Shown here: positions 1 to 25,089 of the stretch, one piece after another
How the letters are laid out: the number at the start of each line of letters is the position of its first letter
How positions within the stretch are numbered: the first letter of the stretch is position 1
Assembly: GCA_028534125.1 (NCBI GenBank)
Contig: CM052842.1
Span: 248,001-312,000 of the forward strand
Length of the DNA stretch: 64,000 bases
From: Lama glama
Lineage: Eukaryota
Direction of reading: 5' to 3'
Notes under the pieces: generated by a model
Database searches by the model: none
What the model was told of the DNA's origin: nothing
Seen by the model: only the letters and a program-made list of their open reading frames with translations
Program-made: the position numbers and the translations under genes

Positions 1-440
1 CAGGAGTTACATAGGAAACCTCTGTGCTTTCTGCTGTTTTGCTGTGAACCTAAAAGTGCTCTTAAAAAAAAAAAAGAATTAAATAGATATTCTAGAACTG
101 AAAAATATAACAAAAAGTAACTCAATATATGGATGTAAAAGTAGTTTAAACATAGCTAAACAGAAAATAAATTGGAAGTCAGAACAGAGGAAGACACCTA
201 CTGCGTGGAGATGCCAGGGATAGAAAGTACGCAATGCAGGCTGGAGCCTTGTGGCCCACGGCGAGGAGGACTGTGGGTGACCTCCAGAAGAGGGGAGAGG
301 AAACGGGGTGGAAGTGATGTCTGAAAGGTAGCCATCAGGGGTTTCTAGCAGTTGTGAAGGGTGCCACGCTGCAGACTGAGGAAGTGCTGTGAGTCCCAAA
401 CACTAGAGCACGTGTTCTGAATACTGAGTATAAAAAGAAA
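1..440 (+). mobile_element. Degenerate ancient LINE-1 fragments (3' end with A-tail at ~1-75, then ORF1-like remnant)
   Basis: L1M-type 3' terminus 'tgtgaacctaaaagtgctcttaaaaaaaa' followed by A-rich L1-like sequence. Subfamily not determinable by eye. Confidence 0.5.
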
Positions 441-1400
441 GTCCTCAAGGCAGCCAGAAGTCTCTTGAGGGGAGAGCAGGTAGCAGAGGTGGGCCCCACT
501 CATCTCTCCTGGACTCCTGGTCCAGCGCCTAGCATGGCAGGGGCAGCTGTGGGACACGGAGTGTGTTGTCAAGTCTGTGTAACCCCACGGGCAGTGTCAC
601 CCATGTTGTCACCAAGCAAGTGAAGCTCAGAAGAGGCTGCAAGTCCAGAGTGGCCCCCCTGCCGGGGCTGGAGGGCCAGGATTTGGGGCCTCAACCCCCA
701 GGGTACCTGATGCAGGCTTTCCCGGGCCCTGGGGACAGTTTTATCGTCTCTGGGTACAGAGTGCTGTCCGGGTGCTGGCATAGCCACAGGACCGCAGTCA
801 GCTTTTTTGGAGCTCACAGGAGCCTCTGTGTTTGAAACATGGCCTGAAATGCTATTGCACAGGGGTGTGTGGGCCACCGCCTGTGCAAGGACATGGGCAG
901 GTGTGAGCCCTGGAGTAAGCCTACCAGAAGTACACTTACCGAATCCAAAACCCGAGAGGCCTCTGTGAGGCACCCCCTTCCTGGCTGTTCCTTACAGAGA
1001 TGGTTCTGGGCTGGTTCAGAGACACATTCAGAGGCCCTTGCAGGGAGTGTCACCATGGGCAGTGGCTGGGGATCTGGGGGAAGCTCCTGGGGCAGGACAG
1101 CCCCCCGTGGCAGGGGGCAGGCTGCAGCACTGACTTGGGAAATGTGTGAGGGGAGCTCCGAGGACAGAAGGGCAGCTGCCCCAGGCTGCACTGACCAGGG
1201 GTCAGGGCCTCAGCAATGAAAGGTGCACAGCTGATTACAGGGAGCCCTGGCAGGTACCAGGCCCCCACAACCTGCAGCCCCATTGTGGGTAAGGACAGTG
1301 AGAAATAACCAGGACTTCTCGTCCCTAACTTCAGATATCCATGAGGTCTAGGTGGGTGGGTAATGGGTCCCGGCTGACAGCAGGGCCAGATTTCCACCTC

Positions 1401-15315
<13,915 letters not shown>

Positions 15316-16666
15316 CACCTGGGCACCAAAGGACCAAGGGTGGGGACAGAGCCTGCCCAGGTGCGCGGGGTCAGGGGAGCACGCAGGGGGTGGGGGGAGG
15401 GAACGCCCCAGCCGCGGAGGTAGCATGCCAGGCTCCGCCCATGCCCGCCCCAGCCCTGGAACCCCCATTTCCCCCACCCAGGCCCTCGGCCTGAGGGCGC
15501 AGCCAGGGCAGAGGGGCTGCAGGAAGGGCGCCTCTAGCCACCCCCCTCCCCCGCCTCGTGGCCAGTTCGGTGGGCACTGCGCCACCCACCACCAGCCGCG
15601 GATCAGCCCCAAGAAAGTGCCTTCTGTTTCCTGGAGCCAAGTGACACTGCCCCTCCCGGCCGGCCCGAGAGCACAAGCCGCCCTCCCCGGGTGAGCTGCC
15701 TTGCTGGGGCTCCTGCGCTCAGCCTAGCCCTGGTCTGGGCCCAGCGCGGCTGCCCCTTTCTCCTTACCCTGCTCTCTCTTACCCTCGGTCTCCTGGCCTA
15801 CAACTTCCGCCCTCCTGGTCCCTTCCCGCCCCCTTCCCCGCCACCTGTGGCTTCCATGGTGGTGACTGCACAGGAATTTGGGGGCTTAAGGACACTGGGC
15901 TGTCCACCACCAGAGCCGAGCCAGGCTGGCCCAGGGTCCGGTAGGTGCTCTCTAGGTGGGGAGTGGGCCCCCAAACCAAAGTCCTCTGGGTTGGGGGCAG
16001 GGTTGGGCAGGCATTCTTGGGGCAGGGTGGGGGAGGGGCGAGAATATTTTTTTTCTTCGTGTAACTATAAATTCAGAATCTATCCTGCACCCCAGCCCGC
16101 CTGTGTATAGAGATATAAATAGAGCAAAACATATAAGAACTAAATTTGCTAATGACATAGTCTTAACCCAGATGTTATTTATTTGAGTTGTTCTCGTCTG
16201 TCCTCTTCAGACAAGTTGGTATCATTCCTTCATTTTTCTCTCCACCCTCCTGGCTTCTGACCAAAAACCAAACCCTGCCCTATCCCTATTCAGGACCTGC
16301 AGCAGATGAGAGGGAAGGAACCCCGAGCTCGGGGACTAGGGTGGCGCTGGGGACTCCCCTTCCTCGAGGCCAGAGCTGGGGGGGTGGGTAGGTACCTAGA
16401 TTTTCAGTTTGTGTATTTTCCATTTTGGAATTTTGAGTTCCAACTGTCGTAGAACTTAATTTCTCCCCAGTTTTTATATATATATATATATTTTTTAGAG
16501 TTGAGTTTTTATTTATTATTAAAAACAAAAAAGCCCAGCCCTGCCGAGACCCGGGTGTCCCCTGGGGGAGCGTCCTCAGTCGGGTGGTCTTGGGCCCTAA
16601 GGAGGGGCAGTGGGGCCACAGACTCGCTCTGACGCATGGTCTCGAGAGGTGACAACACTCTGTGTG

Positions 16667-16672
16667 AATAAA
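16667..16672 (+). terminator. ARHGAP39: ARHGAP39 polyadenylation signal AATAAA
   Basis: Canonical hexamer at the end of the ~1.3-kb 3'UTR, just before the C8orf82 CpG island. Confidence 0.75.
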
Positions 16673-17099
16673 GTACATATAGACACTTGCAAGCCTTGGT
16701 CGCTGCCTGTTGCCTTCCGTTCCTTCCAGTTGCAGCGGGGCTTGCGGGGGGGGGGGGAGGTCTGGGTTGGGGCTCTGGGCAGCTCACTGTCAGCGGCCAG
16801 TCGGTTGCCGGCGTGGACGCCAGGCCAAGGGAGAATGGGGGGCGGAGAGGCTGGAACAGGGGTGGAAGGGAGAGTAAGGCAGCTTCCCTGAAACAACGGG
16901 GAGATGATGAATCGCGGACGAGGCTCCAGGTAGGTGCGCAGGATGAGAGGCACCCTGGGCCGGCTGCGGCCACCTGAATTATCATACTTGACCCCGAAGC
17001 CCCGCCCGACTGCTGGGGTCTTTGTCTGACCCGCCCTCCTCTGAGGCACGCATAGGCTTCTAGGCAGTGTTTATTCACCATCTCTTTGTTCAGCACCTA

Positions 17100-17520
17100 G
17101 GCCGACGCGCAGTCGGCCCCGCCGAGCTGGCTTCCCAGGGGATCGGGGAGGAGACAGTGAGGGTAGCTCGCCCACTAGGGGACAGCCAGCTTCCGAGAGC
17201 AGAGAGACTGGGCCCGCAAGCCCGCCAGCGCCCCGGCCCCAGCCCCGGCCGGTGACCCCGTCCTGAACTCGCCTGCACCCCACCGTCGGGCAGCCCCGCC
17301 CGCCACCCTTTCCCCAGCCGAACGGCAGGGCGGCGAGTCCCTAAGGCCCAAAGAAGGAAGAATGTCGGGGCCGTCCGGGGGACGCGCGAGGCCAGGCCGG
17401 GCGCGCTCGGTGGCCGCAAACGGAACCCAAAGCGCAAGGTCGCAGCCGCAGGGGGGACGTACGTTTGCGCAGCACCGCCCACTCGTGACCCTCTGACCGC
17501 TTCCGGCGAGAAAGGAGGAT
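17100..17520 (+). promoter_or_regulatory. CpG-island promoter of C8orf82
   Basis: Very high CpG density, GC boxes, and ETS-type CTTCCGG at ~17500 immediately upstream of the ATG at 17519. Confidence 0.7.
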
Positions 17521-19043
17521 GTGGGCGACTCGTGGGGCTCTCCGGGCCTGGGCTTTCCGGGCTTGGGCCCTGGGCTTGGCGCGGTCCCTGGGGACCCGGG
17601 CCTGCGGCGGGGTTGGAGGCGTCTCCTACACGCAGGGCCAGAGCCCAGAGCCGCGGACGCGGGAATACTTTTACTACTTGGATCATCAGGGCCAGGTGGG
17701 CGGGGAGGGGGCGGGGCCTGAGGGAGGCCCCTGCGAGAGAGGTGGGGCCTGGCGGTAGGCGTCTGAGGGGCGGGGTCTTTTAAAGTAAGTGAATGCGACT
17801 GGTGGGCGGGGGCGGCGCGCCGCGCCGCGCCGGAGCGACTGGCGCGCCTGGTCCCGGCCCCAAAGGGCTAGGCCCCCAGCAGCCAACCTCCCGCAAGTGG
17901 TTGCACTCCGCTCGCTTTGCATCCCCAGCTCCTGCAGCCGTCCCACCTACTTTGGAAGCTTTGACGGGGGTGTCCGCCATGTCCAGGGGGAAGCAAATCA
18001 GCCTCCGCGGAGGCGGCACATAGAAACTAGAAAGGAGGAGGGAAGAGACGTGGGGAAGACGTGTCAGGCCAGAGAACCTGTGCGTGAGGAAGCATGGCCT
18101 GGAGTGCGGGGTGGATGCGGGGAAGTCGGCAGGGGTTTACCTTCCACGCGCCTCTGCACTCGGTGTGCACAGACGAGCAAGGAAAGAGGACGCCCACCGG
18201 GGCCTTCCCGCTCTGGGGCCAGCTTTGTCGAGCTTCCACCTGGGACTGATGGGTCACGGCCTGCCCCTCTGTCTGCAGCTTTTCCTAGATGACTCCAAAA
18301 TGAAGAACTTCATCACCTGCTTCAAAGGTACTGATGCGCTCTCCTCCCCGACCTTCCCTCGCTTCGGAGAAGGCCCTGAAGGGCTCCGCTGCCCAACCTG
18401 TTGGTGGGCCTGCCCGCAGCGGGGTACTGGGAGTCCTGCGCTCCAGAGCTTCCTGTCTGGAGACAGGCCAGGACAGCCCATCAACACCCGGTGCCTGCCC
18501 TTGGTGTCGCCCAGGGTTAGCCGCCTGCCTGGGGGCAGTAGGGCCCAGGGGCCTTGGGGCCCGGCATGCTGAGCAGCCGCGCCCTTCGGTCCCCCAGACC
18601 CGCAGTTCCTGGTCGTCTTCTTCTCTCGCCTGAGACCCAACCGCAGCGGGCGCTACGAGGCCTCCTTCCCCTTCCTCTCACCATGCGGCAGGGAGCGCAA
18701 CTTCCTCCGCTGCGAGGACCGACCCGTGGTCTTCACGCACCTGCTGGCCGCGGACCCTGGGCCCCCGCGCCTCTCCTACTGCGGCGGCGGCGAGGCCCTG
18801 GCCGTACCCTTCCAGCCGGCGCGCCTGCTGCCCCTGGCCGCCAATGGGCGGCTCTACCACCCAGCGCCGGAGCGCGCGGGCGGTGTAGGGCTGGTGCGGT
18901 CGGCCCTGGCCTTCGAGCTCAGCGCCTGCTTCGAGTACGCGCCTGGCGCTCCCGACCTGCCCTCTCACGTGTGTTGGCAGGGCCGCCGTTTCGCGCTCAC
19001 TATGGACCTGGCCCCGCTGCTGCTCGCTGCCCCACCACCCTGA
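17519..19043 (+). CDS. C8orf82: C8orf82 homolog (UPF0598 protein), 223 aa, 3 exons
   Basis: Exons 17519-17695 (…YTQGQSPEPRTREYFYYLDHQGQ), 18279-18327 (LFLDDSKMKNFITCFK), 18598-19043 (DPQFL…GRERNFLRCEDRPVVF…stop); 672 nt total, intact. Confidence 0.95.
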
Positions 19044-19059
19044 GCGGCGCCGCGCGGCC

Positions 19060-19439
19060 CGCGTCGCTGCGCACGCGCCACCCGGAGAGCTCGCTGGCTG
19101 AGGCTGAGTGCGCGTGCGCGGCGAAGGCGCACCGCTGCCCCGCTGCCCCGCTGCCCCGCTGCCCCGCCCCGCCCGGCGCTGTCCGTGGTGCTGCCGCGGC
19201 CCGGGCCCCGACACGGGGAGGGGCTGGGTCACCAGCCCTCGGTCCCTCCCCACACACCTCGCCTGGGGTGTCCTCGGCGTCCTCTGGTTCGGCCGGCGCT
19301 CGCGACGGCAGACCCGGGCGGCCGGGCGGGAGGCGCCGGCGCTCCAGTGCGCGAGCGCGAGCGGCGCCCGCCCCTCCCCCGCCCTGCGCTGCTCGGTGGG
19401 CCAGGGTTCGGCGGGGGAGCCGCACCGAGGAAGCGTCAG
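19060..19439 (+). promoter_or_regulatory. LRRC24: LRRC24 CpG-island promoter and probable non-coding exon 1 (donor cag|gtgagg at 19439/19440)
   Basis: CpG island with NRF1-like TGCGCGTGCGC, GC boxes, a (CCGCTGCC)x4 run at ~19132-19165 and a strong splice donor. Confidence 0.55.
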
Positions 19440-20038
19440 GTGAGGGGTCCGCCCGACCCAAGGTCAGCGGGCGAGGGGGCGGGATCGCGGGCCGTCCCTG
19501 CTCACCGAGAAAGGCTTGCGACCTGGCGGGGACCACACCCTGCCCTGTACCGGCCCGGGACAGACCATGCCTGAGGCCGTGGACGATCAAGACTCCCGAC
19601 TCTGCGCCTGAGAGGATCGCAGGTCTTCCCCTCTTACCCCTCCGAGCCTCCCTCCCCCTCAAATGGGTGCCCTGAGACAGTGACAACCCACCCCTGCCCA
19701 GCCGGATTAGGGGTTTTCCCCTAGGTAAAAGGATTTCTGGGCTGGCCTCCCCTGCCCTTCCTGCTTGGCCCTCATCCTTGCCCAGGCCAGCCTTTATACA
19801 CGAATCAGCATCTAGGAGCTGTCCATCAGAGCAGTAGTCCCCCAAGTCCTGAGGAGGAGGCCAAGAACCTTCTATATTTGAGAGGCCTTGCTGCTGGAAG
19901 CTGGGTGGCCACCCTGGGCCACCCCTTTTGTTCAGGGAAATGGGTCCCAGGGGCTTCAGAGAATGCCCCCAGTTTCTTGGGGCTCACCTACATTCTGAGA
20001 CATCTGGGAACTGCCTCTGCCTGAGCCAAAGCTATTCC

Positions 20039-20044
20039 ATTAAA
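20039..20044 (+). terminator. C8orf82: Probable C8orf82 polyA signal ATTAAA (inside LRRC24 intron 1)
   Basis: First A(A/T)TAAA seen after the C8orf82 stop, followed by T/GT-rich sequence. Confidence 0.55.
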
Positions 20045-21327
20045 ACTTTTGCTGTGCCTATCTCTCTCCAGTGATTTTCAATAATCATGTGAATTACAAT
20101 TTAGAGCAAGACTCAAACAAACACCAAGGCCACTTACTGCCTTTCCACATGACTCACTCTTGCTAGTGGGGAGTCCTGGTGAGCAGGCAGGTGTTCAAGC
20201 AGGGACAGTGTGAGGTGGAGCTAAAGGCTCAGTGATAGCACACCCTCAGCCCCATCCCTGGCTTCAGACTGGCTGGCTTCTCAGCCCAAGTCCCCTCCTT
20301 TAATTTGGACTCAATGTGCCTCAAGCTAGACCCAGGCCTTGCCCTCTCTCTAGGGTCACATTTGCATGAACATAAACCCAACACACGACTCCCCACTTCA
20401 GTCCAGGAAGTCACTGCCCCCAAAGCCTACTTGGGAAACACCACTAGAAACCCAGTTGGTGGCCCAAGGCCCATCTTTCACACCCCAGCCATTCCAGGGC
20501 CCCACATGCCCCCCAAAACAGGGGTCCTTTACTGGGAGCCAGTATGGAGATGACAGGCCCACACCTTCCAAACTGATTTTCCTGCTGTTTGTCTCACCCC
20601 TGATTATCTAACAAACTCCCTGAGGAAAAAGCCCTAATTCTAGCTAAGCTGTTCCAGCCACTTCCACTCCCAGGAGGGCAGGGGCAGAGGCTGGACAAAG
20701 ATATGCCTCGATTTTCCTGGTGCCTCCCCTGAGACCAGTTGTGCCCATATCCTCCATCAATTTACAACAGGAGAATCCCAGGTTTGAGGACAGAGCATGA
20801 GTTCCAGGGATAAAAATGACCAGAGTAAATGCTGGGTCAAGGTCAGTTGAGGGCAGGGAAGGAGTGTGGAGCCTTGGGCCTCGTCCTGGGGGCACAAAAA
20901 GGACCTCTACTCTAAGCTCTGTGCCTTCAAGGTCTGACACCAGTCCCCACAGAGTGAAGAGTCTATGTGGACATGGGGATGTGTCTGCCCAGAGGCTGCT
21001 CTTCCCATTCTAGTCCACGCTGTGGTAACTGACCCCAAACTTAACCCTTGTGTCCCCAAGGCCATACCTTTCACCAGCCTCTTGCACGCAAGATCCAAGG
21101 AGTGGCTGTTGTTAGGGTGTAGAGGGCACGGCGGTCAAGACGTCCTCGCGCATGAGCAGGAAACTCCTCAGTGCTAGTAGAGATGGGATGGGGAGAAAAG
21201 CAGGCTGGGATGGGGTGGGCTGTCCCCACGTGGCCTGTGTGGCAAGACTCTGAGGACAGAAGAAATTCTAAATTGGAACCTGATGCCCCAGATCTTTACA
21301 ACTTTTTATAAAGGAAGGCAATGAACG

Positions 21328-21333
21328 TTTAAT
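21328..21333 (-). terminator. LRRC14: Probable distal LRRC14 polyA signal ATTAAA (minus strand)
   Basis: tttaat on plus; no tttatt or tttaat seen between here and the LRRC14 stop at 25090. Confidence 0.45.
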
Positions 21334-21529
21334 CAGTTTCTCAAGCTGATTTAAAACTTAAAAAAATTCAGACACAGGATGTGTGCCTCCAGCCATCCTT
21401 TTTAGTGGCTCTCAAATGTTAAAGACAGGCAGAACCTGTGTTTCAGGAGGCGCGTCCCATCCAGGGCTGGACTGGAGGCAGGCTGGTGAGGAGGCTGCGG
21501 CTTCGCAGTGCGCGCCTGTCCCACGGGAG

Positions 21530-24068
21530 ATGGCCCCAGGGGCACCCACATTGCTGTTGCTGTTGCTGCTGTCACTATCCAGTGTCCTGCCCTGCGCTGC
21601 CAGCTGTCCGGCTGCCTGCCGCTGCTACAGCGCCACAGTGGAGTGCGGTGCCCTGCAGCTCCACGTCATCCCGCCTGGGATCCCGCCCGGGACACAGGTG
21701 GGCACCGCATGGAGGCTGCTGGGCTGCAGGGGAGGGGTGCCTGAGATGCAGAGGGATGGGGATGTGTTTCCTCTTGGGTGGTTGGGCCCCCTAGGGAAGA
21801 GACAGCCCCAGTGGGGTAAATGCCCTCCCTCCCTCTGGCCCCACAGACACTGTTCCTGCAGGACAACTGCATCGCGCACCTGGAGCCTGGTGTCTTGACG
21901 CCTCTGGCCTCCTTGCGCCATCTCTACCTGCACAACAACAGCCTGCGCGCTCTGGAGCCAGGTGCCTTCCGCGCGCAGTCGCGCCTGCTGGAGCTGGCGC
22001 TCACCAGCAACGGGCTGCGAGGCTTGCGTGTAGGCGCTTTTGCTGGTCTGGCCCAACTGCGTGTACTCTACCTAGCCGGTAACCAGCTGGTGCAGCTGCT
22101 GGATTTCACCTTCCTACACCTGCAGGTGAGTGGGGAGAGGGGTGGGCAAGGGCAGCAGTTTTCCTGCATTGCCACATGCTCTACCCAACGGGAGTATGGA
22201 AAGGGAGTTCTCCGTCAGCACAGTCTAGCCTGGTAAGAAGGGGACCTGTCCTCCAAGGCCCCTTTCCCTGATGATCTACTGTCCCTGCTTCAGCGACTGC
22301 AGGAGCTGCACCTGCAGGAAAACAGCATTGAGCTGCTGGAGGACCAGGCCCTGGCCGGGCTCTCTTCGCTGGCCCTGCTGGACCTCAGCAGGAACCAGCT
22401 GGGCACCATCAGCCGAGAGGCCCTGCAGCCCCTAGCCAGCCTGCAGGTCCTACGCCTCACAGGTACCGCTTATGGGGTCAAGGGGGTCTCGTGCAAAGGT
22501 AGCTTCCTTGGCCACAGTGATGACAGTAGGGAGCAGGCCCAGCTGTGGAAGGGTCTCCAATGGCAGTAGTGCTCTGCAGGGCCACACCACCACCCACAGA
22601 CATGATAGAAGACTGCTAGGAACAGGGGTGCTGGTAGGGGCAGTTCGGGGACCCCTCCCAAGGAAAACAGAAAAGGTACAAGTCCCTGAACAGACTGGAC
22701 AGAGCTGAGTGGCTTGCACACTTTGGGGCCATCGGAGGGCAGGCAGGCAAAAACTGGACAGATGAGACCAGGACTGGGGCCATTTCCTGGAGACAGCACC
22801 TGAAGGCAGGGCCAAGAGGATGTGCAAAGTTTCAGTGCTGGTGGGATGTCTACGTGAACACAGAGGTTCCCCCAAATAGTGAGATTTGTTGCAGGGAGAG
22901 GCTTCAGAGGAGTGGGGACTTTCCAAGAGTTTAGTAAAGTGAACTAGAACATGCATTACAGAACGGAGTTGCGGGTGGGGGTGTGCCCGCCTACACACTA
23001 AGGCGCTTGGGGTCAGAGAAGGGGTGGCAGAGGTCCCTGACTGTGGGAGGTGGGAAAAGGGCTCCTCCTCTGGCCAACAACCCAACTGCACAGACTGTGT
23101 TCCGGAGGCACCTGAGCTACCTACCCGCCGCTGCTCTGCCCACAGAGAACCCATGGCGCTGTGACTGTGCCCTGCACTGGCTGGGAGTCTGGATCAAAGA
23201 GGGGGGCCAGCGGCTGCTCAGCTCCAGGGACAGGAAGATCATGTGTGCAGAGCCTCCCCGCCTGGCACTTCAGAGTCTCCTGGACGTGTCTGGCAGTAGC
23301 CTCATCTGCATCCCACCCACTGTGCACGTGGAGCCGCTGGAGGTGACAGCCAACCTGGGTGAGGACCTAAGGGTTGCCTGCCAGGCTTCTGGCTACCCGC
23401 AGCCCCTCGTGACCTGGAGAAAGGTGGCACAGCCTCGCGAGGGGCCGCCGCCGGCCCAAGCCCAACCAGAAGGTGGGGTGCCGGTCCCAGGCGGGCCCGG
23501 GGCCTCTGACACGGGCAGCGGCATGCTTTTCCTCACCAACATCACCCTGGCCCACGCCGGCAAGTACGAGTGCGAGGCCTCCAACGCCGGCGGCGCCGCC
23601 CGCGTGCCCTTCCAGCTCCTGGTCAACCTGTCCCGGCAGCAGCAGCTGGCGCCCGCGCCGCCCCCGGCCGCCGGCCCCATCAGCCACGAGCCCCTGCCCG
23701 AAGCAGGCAGCATGGCCTTCCGTGCCCTGAGCCTGGCCACGCAGACGGTTATCGCGGCGGCCATTGCGCTCCTGGCGCTCACGGTGCTGCTGCTGGCGAC
23801 CATGATCTGCCGCCGGCGACGCAGGCGCAAAAAAGCGCCAGGGCCGCCGGGGGAGGGCGCTCTCTTCGTCAACGACTATTCTGACGGGCCCTACACCTTC
23901 GCGCAGCTCGAGGAGCTGCGCGACGAGCGGGGCCACGAGATGTTCGTCATCGACCGCTCCAAGCCGCTCTTCGCCGAGGGCCCAGCGGAGACGACCGAGA
24001 GCACGGAACCCGGACCCACACAAGGGCTCCCACTGCAGCCGCCCGCCGCCTACGAGATCCACTGCTGA
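21530..24068 (+). CDS. LRRC24: Leucine-rich repeat-containing protein 24 (signal peptide, LRRNT-LRR-LRRCT, Ig domain, TM), 512 aa
   Basis: Exons 21530-21697, 21847-22125, 22294-22462, 23146-24068 (1539 nt); motifs CPAACRC, ENPWRCDCAL, GKYECEASN, TM followed by RRRRRRKK, ends YEIHC. Confidence 0.95.
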
Positions 24069-24151
24069 GGGGCGGTCGGGCGCGCGCTGATGACGTAGGC
24101 CCCGCGGATTGGCTGGCCCGCAGCTCACCATGCGCATGCTCCAACACGGTC

Positions 24152-24157
24152 AGTAAA
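24152..24157 (+). terminator. LRRC24: Possible LRRC24 polyA signal (AGTAAA variant)
   Basis: Only PAS-like hexamer seen shortly after the stop. Confidence 0.4.
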
Positions 24158-25089
24158 GGCTGGAAAGCTGCGCAGTGTGCTGCGAGACTTGTGTGGCGTC
24201 CGGGGCGCGGAGAGAGACTCAAGCACCTAAGGACCCCGGCTCCGCAGTCGGAAGTCCTGGTGCGCGAAAGGAGGGTGGTAGGGTAGGCTGCCAACGCCCC
24301 GACTGAAGCCCTCCAGAAAAATCCCCCCCCCCCCCCAAATCACCCGACCTCCAGTCCCGCCGCCTACTGGAGGAGCCTGGACCACCGCGAGGTGGGCGGG
24401 GTGGACTGTGGGGAAGCCTAGGGAAGGGGAGGGGCAGCGGGCCTGAGGGCTTGGTATTCAGTGGCCATGCTAGGGGTGCAGCAGAGAAGGAGACAAGTCA
24501 CCCTAATCAATTAAGACAGAAAAAAAAAAAAATCCACAAATTTAAGTTCTAAACACACTGCACTTTTGTACCTTAAGGACACCTTCTGGCTCCAAAAGCC
24601 AGCTGAGAGGCAGTCTCCTGGGTGTCAAGGTAGGAAGACCCCCTTAGAAGCCCCAGAGTGCGTGGGGGCTCAGTCCTTGAAGCAGGCCTGTCCCAAGTTC
24701 CACCCCAGACCAGTCTGCTCTTGGGGAGGGCCCAGAGGAAAACTCTCTTAGCTCACTGACCCCAGGAACATTCTGAAGAGAGAACCAGGACACCAGAGGG
24801 CAGCCAAATGCAGCTAAACCTAAGCAGGGCCGTGCAGGCCTAGCATCCAGCCCGCAGGCCCGCAAGTGGTCAACCAGTCAGGTTAGCAGGTGCAGAACAA
24901 ACTGCGCAGCGTGCTACAGAAAGCATGGGGAGGCTCAGGGTGCACCCAGGAACAAGGAAATCAGAGACTAGTGCCTTTATGTCAGGCCTCCAGCGGGGTC
25001 CCAGCCAAGGCTCTGCCTACCCAAGGGGCAAGGGGCTTCCGAGAACCCTGGACCCCCGGACTGCCCGACTCTCACCCAGAGGTGAGAGA

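Noticed and set aside
18554-19675. 373-aa ORF overlapping C8orf82 exon 3 in another frame
   Set aside because: Starts inside intron 2 and is Pro/Arg/Ala/Gly low-complexity, as expected from stop depletion in a CpG island.
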